Shown piece by piece: positions 8,882 to 16,914 of a stretch of DNA of 64,000 nucleotides (positions are counted from its first letter, which is position 1; every line of letters begins with the position of its first letter). The notes below the pieces were generated by a model. That model saw only the letters and a program-made list of their open reading frames with translations, ran no database searches and was not told the DNA's origin. Origin of the DNA: a bacterium (lineage in GTDB: Bacteria > UBA10199 > 2-02-FULL-44-16 > JAAZCA01); assembly GCA_963674695.2 (NCBI GenBank), contig CAXXGI010000002.1:832001-896000 (forward strand), read 5' to 3'. Made by a program: the position numbers and the translations under genes.

Positions 8882-9132
8882 GGGGTTATCTCCTATGGGT
8901 TTCGGTGTGTAGGCTCCATCTATCAGGTTGGGCGGGGGTGTCAACCCCCTGAAATCTGGCCTCAATTCGGAATAAGAAAATATGGACAAACGCCCCTATA
9001 TCCGCTAATAGCCGCGACTCGATTCGATGGTGGCTGTAGCTTCCGATCTCGCATGATCTTTCCGCGGGACAGCGGAAAGTCATCAGCGAGATCGAGACCC
9101 GCCAACGGTTTTTGGCGGGCTGAGCGTAACAT

Positions 9133-9210
9133 GGTGGCTGTAGCTCAGTTGGTTAGAGCGCTAGGTTGTGGTCCTGGAAGTCGAGGGTTCGAGTCCCTTC
9201 AGCCACCCCA
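9133..9210 (+). tRNA. tRNA-His(GTG) with G-1 and encoded CCA
   Basis: G-GTGGCTG/CAGCCAC-C-CCA; anticodon arm CTAGG-TTGTGGT-CCTGG; GTTCGAGTC. Confidence 0.96.
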
Positions 9211-9248
9211 AATAGAAAACGCCCCCTTTTGGGGGCGTTTTCTATTTG
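9209..9248 (+). terminator. Hairpin/terminator after tRNA-His
   Basis: CAAATAGAAAACGCCCCC-TTTT-GGGGGCGTTTTCTATTTG. Confidence 0.8.
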
Positions 9249-9257
9249 AGCTGGCCT

Positions 9258-9389
9258 TGGACTCGAACGTCCGCCAGAGGCGGACAGTTCGACGACCTTC
9301 CGAAGAGCCGCTCGCCGATTAGGCGAGCATTATAATGATGAAGTGTCGGCGAGTGCGTGCGCGAGCCGACGCCCCTTCAGCCACCCCAA
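9258..9389 (+). repeat. tRNA-linked repeat, copy 2, ending in a 17-bp duplicate of the tRNA-His 3' end
   Basis: CCCTTCAGCCACCCCAA at 9195-9211 and 9373-9389; body homologous to 6663-6986. Confidence 0.88.
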
Positions 9390-9560
9390 GTGATAACTGG
9401 TAGAACCGCAGCATCATCCTAGTCGAAGACGGATGATGCTATAAAAATGGAAGTGAACCGCCAGGGGCGGGGAATATATGACCATATAGGTCAGAACGAA
9501 GTGACAACCCCTGTTCTGATTCAATCGGGACGGGGGTCTGCCGCATCTGGAGCCCGAAAG
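9383..9560 (+). repeat. Cassette-junction repeat R1 (att-like core, spacer, hairpin module)
   Basis: ACCCCAAGTGATAACTGGTAGAAC ... GTCAGAACGAAGTGACAACCCCTGTTCTGATTCAATCGGGACGGGGGT..TGGAGCCCGAAAG. Confidence 0.85.
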
Positions 9561-9607
9561 ATCTTGTTCGACTGGCACTTTCCGCTCCTTTATCAGGGTT
9601 TTTCTTA

Positions 9608-9633
9608 GCAATTATTTGGTGATTATGCTGATA
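9608..9633 (+). promoter_or_regulatory. Degenerate GCAA(T)-N16-(T)GATA putative promoter
   Basis: GCAAT TATTTGGTGATTATGC TGATA, ~60 bp before the endonuclease I start. Confidence 0.35.
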
Positions 9634-9691
9634 CATGATAGAGACGAGCGGTCTCGGGGGCAGTGTCGGGTTGGAGGAAAGGGGAGTCAGT

Positions 9692-10693
9692 ATGCTTGCA
9701 GCTGGCCGAACAGTGTTCTCTCGGAGAGGGAGGCGCTTGCCGATGTGGTCGGCGTTTCCCGTAAGGAAATCCCAAGACGATCCTCCCGTGGGAAGCGCTC
9801 AGACGTACTATACCCAACAACTTCAAAACATTCATGATACCTACTGTTCAGCGGGAGTGTGTCGCTTGCCCCCGACGCCTGAAGGTTTGATGGCGTCTCG
9901 CGAGACGCGCCATGAGCTCCATCGGATTCTTGCGGGCATCCACGTCTTTTCAGGGAAGAAGGGTCAACGAGATACCGTCGTCAAAACATGTCCCATCATA
10001 GACGGTGCCAAGGCCATGTGTTATTCACACAGCCCTCTCAGTTACCGCGCGGCACGGAAAGTCCTCTTTGGAATGATCCATCTCAAGAAGGAGCCCGAAC
10101 CTGCGGAGCCCGGCAAGAGGTATTCCGTCAGAGATGTTTATTGTGAAAGGGATTATTATGAAAACATTGGGGTTGGTCCCGGAAAGTATCCCTCAAGCAA
10201 CGTGATCAATACCGAACATACCTGGCCACAGAGCCGTTTTCGTGTGTCCGGGGCGGACAAGTCATATCAGAAATCCGATCTTCACCATCTCTATCCAGCG
10301 AACAAGGAACGCAATTCCACGAGGGGCAATTACCCCTTTGGTGAGGTGGGAAGGATTGCTGAGAGGAAAAATCCAAGCTGCACCCTTTCAACGCTTGGGT
10401 ATCTCAGCGGTGGGGTCGAGCTTGGTTTTATGAATGGACAACGAATGAACGCTCTTTATTTTGAACCTCCCGACGCGCATAAGGGGAACGTGGCGAGGGC
10501 ACTCTTTTATTTTTCCGTCCGATATGAGTTGCCCATAGGAAACACCCAGGAACGCTTTCTTCGGAAATGGCATAAGGAGGATCCGGTCGATGGGGCGGAA
10601 AGAAGGAGAAATCAGATCATCTATGAAGCTCAGCACAACCGCAATCCCTTCATTGACACTCCCGAATTGGCCGACCTCATAGTTGATTTTTAG
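9692..10693 (+). CDS. Endonuclease I family (EndA/Bsn-type His-Me) nuclease
   Basis: INTEHTWPQS, SDLHHLYP, NSTRGNYPFG, FEPPDAHKGNVARALFYFSVRY, QHNRNPFID; start uncertain. Confidence 0.9.
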   Translation: MLAAGRTVFSRRGRRLPMWSAFPVRKSQDDPPVGSAQTYYTQQLQNIHDTYCSAGVCRLPPTPEGLMASRETRHELHRILAGIHVFSGKKGQRDTVVKTCPIIDGAKAMCYSHSPLSYRAARKVLFGMIHLKKEPEPAEPGKRYSVRDVYCERDYYENIGVGPGKYPSSNVINTEHTWPQSRFRVSGADKSYQKSDLHHLYPANKERNSTRGNYPFGEVGRIAERKNPSCTLSTLGYLSGGVELGFMNGQRMNALYFEPPDAHKGNVARALFYFSVRYELPIGNTQERFLRKWHKEDPVDGAERRRNQIIYEAQHNRNPFIDTPELADLIVDF

Positions 10694-10732
10694 AGCCTGT
10701 AAAACAGATCGTGTAACGGCTTAACCTTTTTA

Positions 10733-10752
10733 AGTCCGGGGACACGACACTT
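10733..10752. repeat. Short CCGGGGACACGAC repeat (degenerate copies at 14951-15018)
   Basis: agtccggggacacgacactt vs gttccgaggacacgacgctt (14968) and ccagggacatgagacttaatt (14998). Confidence 0.55.
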
Positions 10753-10772
10753 CACTCGTTAGGGTTCCATGA

Positions 10773-11684
10773 GTGCCCTCTCTCGTCGTCGACGCCCGTG
10801 CGCGTCTCGCGTGGGGATCGACCGCCATCGAAGGATGCACGCTTTCACTGGAAGCCGTTGAGGGGTTGCTGGAGGGCAAGGAGGCGGTCGGCTATCCGGA
10901 TCGCCATGTTCGGATGGCTCAGAACTATCTCAAGGCGCTGGTGTGGTTGCAGAAAAAGGGAAAGACGTCCCGCATTGCGGAAAAGGATGTTTTCCGACTG
11001 CATACAATCGTCGCGGCCGACGTTGTGGACGAAGGACCCGTTGGCGCCTACCGGCGAGAATCCGTGAGTGCTGGACTGTATGTTGCACCACCCTGGAAAA
11101 AGGATCCGGAACTCATGGAAGCCATGCTTGGGTGGCTCAATGGCCCGGCGAAGGCATTGCCGGCGGTTATCTCCTCTTCACTGCTTCATTTACGCTTTGT
11201 CGAGATCCATCCCTTTCGCGACGGCAATGGTCGTGTCGCTCGAGCCTTGGCGACGTGGGAGCTCTATCGAAAGGGATTCGACACGCTGCACATCTTTGCC
11301 CTCGATGAGATCCTGATGGAAAATCGGGCGTTCTACATCAAAAGCCTGCAGCGGGTACAGGTCGAAGGGGAAGATCTGGGTGGGTGGCTGGAGTTTATGG
11401 CGGAGTCGATTCTGGAAACGCTCGTGCGTATCGAGCGCCGAATGCTGGCGATCGGTCCGGTGAGTCAGGAACCGCTGGCGTTATCGGTTCGGCAGGAGAA
11501 GCTTTTGAATCTGCTGCGCGAAAAAGGAAGCCTGCCTGTGAGCGAGATAGCCAAAGCGCTTAAGGTGACATCACCCGGTGCGCATCACATCATGAGGCCG
11601 CTTTTGGAGCGCGGTTTGATCGATCGCATCGGTTCGCATCGATCGACACGGTATGCCCTCCCCACGAAAAGATCGAAAGCCTAA
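10773..11684 (+). pseudogene. Fic family protein with C-terminal wHTH, probably 5'-truncated
   Basis: STAIEG motif only 15 aa from the ORF start; canonical HPFRDGNGRVAR; in-frame TGA directly before the GTG (VP*VPSL) and no SD. Confidence 0.7.
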
Positions 11685-11689
11685 AATCA

Positions 11690-11850
11690 GTTCGACGATT
11701 ATCACGCAAAGCACCCCAAGTGATAACTGGTCGAACCAAAGACGCCCCCAGAGCGAGTTGCGAGCTGGGGGCGTTTTTGTCCTGAGCGACGAGCGAAGCG
11801 AGGAGTCGAAGGACCCCCATTTATCAATCAGGACATGGGTTTCCAGTTTA
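11690..11850 (+). repeat. Cassette-junction repeat R2
   Basis: GTTCGACGATTATCAC-GCAAAGCACCCCAA-GTGATAACTGGTCGAAC, then hairpin, a CCTGAGCG..GTCGAAGG REP-like insert and AATCAGGAC..GGGTTTCCAGTTT. Confidence 0.88.
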
Positions 11851-11935
11851 TAGGAACTACTCATCATTTGCTCCGTCGACAATTGACCGAAATTATTCCG
11901 TGACGTATGAGTTTCATTGGTGGGAGGTCTCACGA

Positions 11936-13156
11936 ATGACGATAGCCGAAGACAATCGAGCAGGTGGCACGCCGGAAAAGCCCTACAATCGAGGCCCGTT
12001 CAAGGGTCTGACGCCCAACGTCATCAAGTTGGGCATCGTGTCTTTCTTCGCCGACGTTTCGAGTGAGATGATTTATCCTCTAACGCCGATCTTTCTGACG
12101 ACCGTGCTCGGCGCGCCGATGGCCGTCGTCGGTCTCATCGAGGGTGTGGCGGAGGCGATCGCGAGCATCATGAAGACCGTCTCTGGCCGAATGTCAGATA
12201 GAACCGGCAGGCGAAGGCCATTTGTTTTCGTGGGCTATCTGCTCTCGGCGGTAGCGAAGCCTTTGATTGCGTTAGCGGGCGGATGGGCGCTGGTATTCGT
12301 CGCGCGCTTTGCGGACAGGTTCGGAAAGGGTTTGAGGACGAGTTCTCGCGATGCGCTCATTGCCGATTCAGTTGATGCGAAGACGAGGGGCCTCGCGTTC
12401 GGCTGGCACAGGGCGTTTGATACGATGGGCGCGGTTATTGGGCCGCTGCTCGCCATTCTCTGTGTCAAGTATGTAGAGAATTTGAGGTTTGTCTTTCTCT
12501 GGGCCCTTGTCCCCGGAATCATCGGTGCGCTCATCGTTCTCTTCGTGAAGGAGAGGCGAACCGCACTCGGTAGTGGTAATTCGACTTTTAAATTGAGTTC
12601 TCTGCCCACGCCATTTCGCAGGTATCTCGTCGCGTGGAGCGCATTTTCGATAGCAAATTCGAGCGATATATTTCTGATTCTCAAGGCCAAACAGGTTGGG
12701 TATTCAACTGCACTCGTCATCGCCGTATATGCGTTTTACAATTTGACGTATGCGCTCGCGAGCCCGTATCTTGGACATCTCTCGGACAAGATGGAACGAA
12801 AAAATCTTCTGGCGTTGGGGCTCATCGCCTTCGCCGCGGTCTATGTTGGGTTTGCCCTCGTTGTGCATCCGTGGCAAATGTGGGTTCTGTTCGGCATATA
12901 CGGCCTCTACATGGCAGCCACGGACGGTGTCAGCAAGGCCCTCGCGATCGACTTGGTTGAGGCGGAAGTCAGGGCGACGGCGGTAGGTGTAATGAGCACG
13001 TTCTCTGGTATCGCAGCTCTCATTGCAAGCACGGTGGCTGGGGTGCTCTGGAACGCCGTTGGTTCTTGGGCGGCCTTTGTCTATGGAGCGGTCGGCGCTA
13101 TCGTTGGCGCCATGATGCTTTTCAAGATTCCAAAAATTGTGAAGGCCTCTTGCTGA
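11936..13156 (+). CDS. MFS transporter
   Basis: VSFFADVSSEMIYP, GRMSDRTGRRRP (motif A), DRFGKGLRT, 12 TM pattern; SD GGGAGG. Confidence 0.93.
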   Translation: MTIAEDNRAGGTPEKPYNRGPFKGLTPNVIKLGIVSFFADVSSEMIYPLTPIFLTTVLGAPMAVVGLIEGVAEAIASIMKTVSGRMSDRTGRRRPFVFVGYLLSAVAKPLIALAGGWALVFVARFADRFGKGLRTSSRDALIADSVDAKTRGLAFGWHRAFDTMGAVIGPLLAILCVKYVENLRFVFLWALVPGIIGALIVLFVKERRTALGSGNSTFKLSSLPTPFRRYLVAWSAFSIANSSDIFLILKAKQVGYSTALVIAVYAFYNLTYALASPYLGHLSDKMERKNLLALGLIAFAAVYVGFALVVHPWQMWVLFGIYGLYMAATDGVSKALAIDLVEAEVRATAVGVMSTFSGIAALIASTVAGVLWNAVGSWAAFVYGAVGAIVGAMMLFKIPKIVKASC

Positions 13157-13281
13157 TCGATGACCAAGTAAGCATCCGGGCCTTGTTGATATGACGGAAT
13201 TTCTGATGTGTATTTGTCCGCCATGAGGTCGACGGAGGCGGTCCGGAGGCGTTGAAGACCCTCGGAAGGCGTCCTGAAAAA

Positions 13282-13520
13282 GTTCCTGAAATCGTTGCAG
13301 AAGGGACCCCAAGTGACAACCGGTAGAACTGCCGAGAATCCCTTAGCGAGAAGCTTGAGCGACGAGCTTAGGGATTCCGGCATCCTGAGCGAGCCCTTCG
13401 ACTCCCTTTGGTCGCTCAGGGTAAACTCCGCGAGTCGAAGGACCCCATTCATGAATCAGGACAGGGGTTTCCAGTTTCTGGAGCCCGAAAGCCCGCGTCC
13501 GACGGGTGTTTTCCACGATA
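13282..13520 (+). repeat. Cassette-junction repeat R3
   Basis: GTTCC..GGGACCCCAAGTGACAACCGGTAGAAC, REP-like insert, AATCAGGACAGGGGTTTCCAGTTTCTGGAGCCCGAAAGCCCGCGTCCGACGGGTGTTTTCC. Confidence 0.88.
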
Positions 13521-13666
13521 GCACCCAGGAAATTACGGTATTTCAATCGCTTGATCATGGTTCCAACATGCGATATCCAACGTTCGACCGCGGGAAACCA
13601 CGCGATGTGTCTCTGTTCTCCACAGAATCGAGAAGGGAGAGCATGCGAGCGTGAAATGAGGGTTCT

Positions 13667-14965
13667 ATGACGCGAATATGGTTCAGATCGTTTGTGGTCA
13701 TTGGGATGGTCGCAGTATGTGCGGGGGCATCGGGATGCCGCGGATGCACCAGTGGGGAATCACAGCGTGAATGGGCACAAAGCGCACTCAAAGCAGCTGA
13801 CGTGTCCATGGATGCGACGACCGTCGAGGCGAACAATGCCTTCGGGTTCGATCTTCTGCAGCGCGTCAGGGAAGACTCGACGGGGAATGTTATCTTCTCG
13901 CCCGTCAGCCTCTCCATTGCGCTGACGATGACGGCGGCGGGGGCGCAGGGGGGGACGCGGGATCAGATGCTCGAAGTCCTCCATCTGGGTCCCGATCTGG
14001 CGAAGGTCCAGGCAGAGTACCGAGCGCTACTCGCGCGGTGGGTGCTTTCCGAAAAGCCATATTTGCTGGAGGTGGCCAATCGCCTCTGGGTGGACCAGGG
14101 GTTTTCCCTCCTTCCTTCCTATCTCTCGCTGGTGGAAAACAATTTCGGTGCCGAACCGAAAACGCTGAACATCACCGGGAATCCCGAGGAGGCTCGCCGG
14201 GCGATCAACGCATGGACTAGTGAACAAACGCACGGTAGGATCGAGGATCTCATCCCGGCGGGGAATCTGAATGCCGATTCGCAGCTCGTTTTGACGAATG
14301 CCATCTATTTCTTCGGGGAATGGGCACGGAAGTTCGACCCGGACAGGACGAGAAACGAGGATTTCTATTTGGATGCTGCAAATCAAGTGAATGTTCCGTT
14401 TATGCACGAAACCAATCGCTATCGGTATGCCGAGACGGATGCATTTCAGCTGCTGGAGATGTCTTACAAGGGTGGGGATCTCTCGATGGTGATCCTTCTT
14501 CCGCGTGCGCGGGATGGGATCGCGGCTCTGGAGCGTGACCTTACGTCGATGTCGATCGAGCAACTTCTGGCGCAGGCGTCGATGAAAAAGGTCATCGTGA
14601 CACTCCCAAAATTTCGGATCGAAAAAGCATTCGGGCTAGAAGAGGTGCTTCGAAAGATGGGGATGGGTCTGGCGTTCAGCGGTGCCGCTGATTTCAGCGG
14701 GATGACGGGGGGCAGGGATCTGATGATCGGTTTCGTGAGACACAAGGCTTTCATCGATGTGAATGAGGATCGCACGGAGGCGGCCGCAGCGACCGCGGTA
14801 TCGATGATGCCGGCGGCTGCTCCTCCTCGACCGGAGCCGCCCATCGTCTTTCGTGCGGACCATTCATTTCTCTTTCTGATTCGCGACAGAACATCCGGGG
14901 CTATCCTCTTCCTCGGCCGCCTTGCAAATCCTCGGGGGGTGAAGGAAAAATTTCCAGGACACTAA
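13667..14965 (+). CDS. Serpin (serine protease inhibitor), putative lipoprotein
   Basis: NVIFSPVS, LTNAIYFFGEW, hinge EDRTEAAAATAV, FRADHSFLFLIRD..ILFLGR; lipobox-like GASGC. Confidence 0.95.
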   Translation: MTRIWFRSFVVIGMVAVCAGASGCRGCTSGESQREWAQSALKAADVSMDATTVEANNAFGFDLLQRVREDSTGNVIFSPVSLSIALTMTAAGAQGGTRDQMLEVLHLGPDLAKVQAEYRALLARWVLSEKPYLLEVANRLWVDQGFSLLPSYLSLVENNFGAEPKTLNITGNPEEARRAINAWTSEQTHGRIEDLIPAGNLNADSQLVLTNAIYFFGEWARKFDPDRTRNEDFYLDAANQVNVPFMHETNRYRYAETDAFQLLEMSYKGGDLSMVILLPRARDGIAALERDLTSMSIEQLLAQASMKKVIVTLPKFRIEKAFGLEEVLRKMGMGLAFSGAADFSGMTGGRDLMIGFVRHKAFIDVNEDRTEAAAATAVSMMPAAAPPRPEPPIVFRADHSFLFLIRDRTSGAILFLGRLANPRGVKEKFPGH

Positions 14966-15048
14966 TAGTTCCGAGGACACGACGCTTGTTCTGATCTCCA
15001 GGGACATGAGACTTAATTTAGTGCTCATCTCGGTCGTCATCGAGATCG

Positions 15049-15148
15049 CCTGCCCTGAGCGAAGTCGAAGGGATCAACAGCCCAGTACACGGATCCAGGG
15101 ATATCAGCTTCCCTGAAGGCTGAGCTCTTCGGCAAGCTCAGGACGGGC
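15049..15148. repeat. REP-like inverted doublet (CCTGAGC..GTCGAAGG type)
   Basis: cctgccctgagcgaagtcgaaggg ... cttcggcaagctcaggacgggc; related motifs inside R2 and R3. Confidence 0.6.
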
Positions 15149-15307
15149 ACTGTCGAATGGGGCGTACATTCTCGTCCGCGTCGTGAACCCCTGCATTTTC
15201 CTCAACCGATCACACACGAACGTCTGACGCTCCTGATCGAGAGTGCCGTTGAGCGCGGGTGGTACTTATCGATTGAACTATTCCAGCCAATAAGATAGAA
15301 TGGTTCC

Positions 15308-16501
15308 ATGAAAATAAAAAGGATGTATTTCAATAAGTTATATAAAGAATTGCGGGAACCGGAGATCTCCATTTTGCTCGGTGCGCGACAGGTGGGGAAA
15401 ACGACGTTGCTCGAACAACTCCATGCGAAGGTGACCAAAGCAGGGCTGAAATCGAAATATTTCAACCTCGAATCCTCGGAAGGGCTCATGGAACTTTCGG
15501 GCGATAATGCGGCGGTCATCAAAACGCTGATGGGAGCAGGGGATGTCGTTTTTATCGATGAATTCCACTATTTGAAAAATGCATCGAAGATTTTTAAAGA
15601 GATCTACGATTCGAAGAAAAAGGTGAAGATCTATGCCTCGGGTTCATCGTCGCTGGAAATCCATAAGCATTTGAAGGAGAGTCTTGCTGGACGTTTTCGA
15701 ACGACGATGATTTTTCCGCTGACACGTGAGGAGATGAGACAGTCCAAGATGGAGGTGCTGGATGTGTTTTTGAAGTGGGGTGGAATGCCTGGATTGTTGC
15801 ATCGGGCGAGCGACGACGACAAGATGGATCTGCTCAGCAATATCGTGAGCACGTACATCACGAAAGACGTCAAGGCGATGATTCGGGAGGAAAACGTACG
15901 AGCCTTTAACCAAATGCTCTATCTGCTTGCGCAGAATCAGGGCTCCCTCGTTGTGATGGCCAATATCGCGAACGCGACGGGAATAAGTCAAACGACCATC
16001 GCCGACTATCTCGAGATTATGTCACAGACGTATGTTTGCCATCCGGTGCATAGCTATTCGACGAATCTTGCTAATGAGCTAAAGAAATCAAAAAAATGTT
16101 ATTTGTTTGATGTGGGAATTCGCAACAGCCTTCTCAAGGATTTTGGAGAACCAGCCGAGCGAGGTGATCGGGGCGTTCTCCACGAAACGTTCGTGTATCT
16201 CAGCATGCTCCCTCAGCTCAAACCGAATATGGAAATACGGTTCTGGAGGACGAAGAAGGGGGATGAGGTTGACTTTGTTTTGATCAAGAACCGGGTTCCT
16301 GTGCCGGTCGAGGTGAAGTCGAGCGTAAAGGAAGCTTCCATTCCTTCCGGCATGCGGTCTTTTTTTCGAGCATATCCGAAGGCGCCGTTTGGCATCGTGT
16401 TTAGCGGTATTCCGGAGAAAACGGCTGACCATGAAGGAAAGCCTGTTTATTTTATGGGATGGGATCGGGCTGAGAATATCGAGTATTTGAATGATGTGTA
16501 A
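15308..16501 (+). CDS. AAA_14 ATPase with DUF4143 / PD-(D/E)XK-like C-terminus
   Basis: GARQVGKTT, FIDEFH, SGSSS, ESLAGR, KCYLFDVGIRN, EVDFV..VEVKS. Confidence 0.92.
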   Translation: MKIKRMYFNKLYKELREPEISILLGARQVGKTTLLEQLHAKVTKAGLKSKYFNLESSEGLMELSGDNAAVIKTLMGAGDVVFIDEFHYLKNASKIFKEIYDSKKKVKIYASGSSSLEIHKHLKESLAGRFRTTMIFPLTREEMRQSKMEVLDVFLKWGGMPGLLHRASDDDKMDLLSNIVSTYITKDVKAMIREENVRAFNQMLYLLAQNQGSLVVMANIANATGISQTTIADYLEIMSQTYVCHPVHSYSTNLANELKKSKKCYLFDVGIRNSLLKDFGEPAERGDRGVLHETFVYLSMLPQLKPNMEIRFWRTKKGDEVDFVLIKNRVPVPVEVKSSVKEASIPSGMRSFFRAYPKAPFGIVFSGIPEKTADHEGKPVYFMGWDRAENIEYLNDV

Positions 16502-16505
16502 CAGA

Positions 16506-16685
16506 TTCGACGATTATCACGCAAAGCACCCCAAGTGACAACCGCAGAGCGGAGCACATGCGGAGCGCATATAATTGAAGTGACCCGCCGTAGGCGGGGA
16601 ACAAGGATCCTTGGAGGTCAGAATGAAATGACAACTGGTAGAACCCCTGTTCTGATTCAATCAGGACGGGGGTTTCCAGTTTTTG
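16506..16685 (+). repeat. Cassette-junction repeat R4
   Basis: TTCGACGATTATCACGCAAAGCACCCCAAGTGACAAC (36/37 identical to R2) ... GTCAGAATGAAATGACAACTGGTAGAACCCCTGTTCTGATTCAATCAGGACGGGGGTTTCCAGTTT. Confidence 0.9.
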
Positions 16686-16914
16686 GGGGGAAGGTCAAAT
16701 GCGGTACGATGTGAAATGGAGAACAAGGAAAGAGCTGATCGAATCAGCGGGATGTTCTACCGGCTCAGGTGAGCCGGTAATTAGGAATCAACATCAGGAT
16801 CAACATCAACATCACCATCATTCACAATCAAAAATCAGAAGGCAATTGTGCGATGATATCGTGACTGCTGCACCTTACCCTCAAACGAATGAAGTGTTGT
16901 GAATCGCCCCGGGA

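Noticed and set aside
10770-10772. TGA recoding (Trp or Sec) in the Fic gene
   Set aside because: TGA is an ordinary stop in pth, rpsF, rpsR and ettA here, and no SECIS-like context is evident; a nonsense mutation is simpler.
11690-11736. Classical integron attC sites
   Set aside because: Ends read GTTC...GAAC rather than RYYYAAC...GTTRRRY, cargo occurs in both orientations, and no intI is present.
13295-13654. ORFs over junction repeats (13295-13654, 11653-11853, 6484-6744, 6584-6859)
   Set aside because: They translate repeat, REP or tRNA sequence and are not credible genes.
16699-16902. His/Gln-rich 67-aa ORF
   Set aside because: Arises from an ATCAAC-type hexamer microsatellite (~16786-16836); no other coding support.
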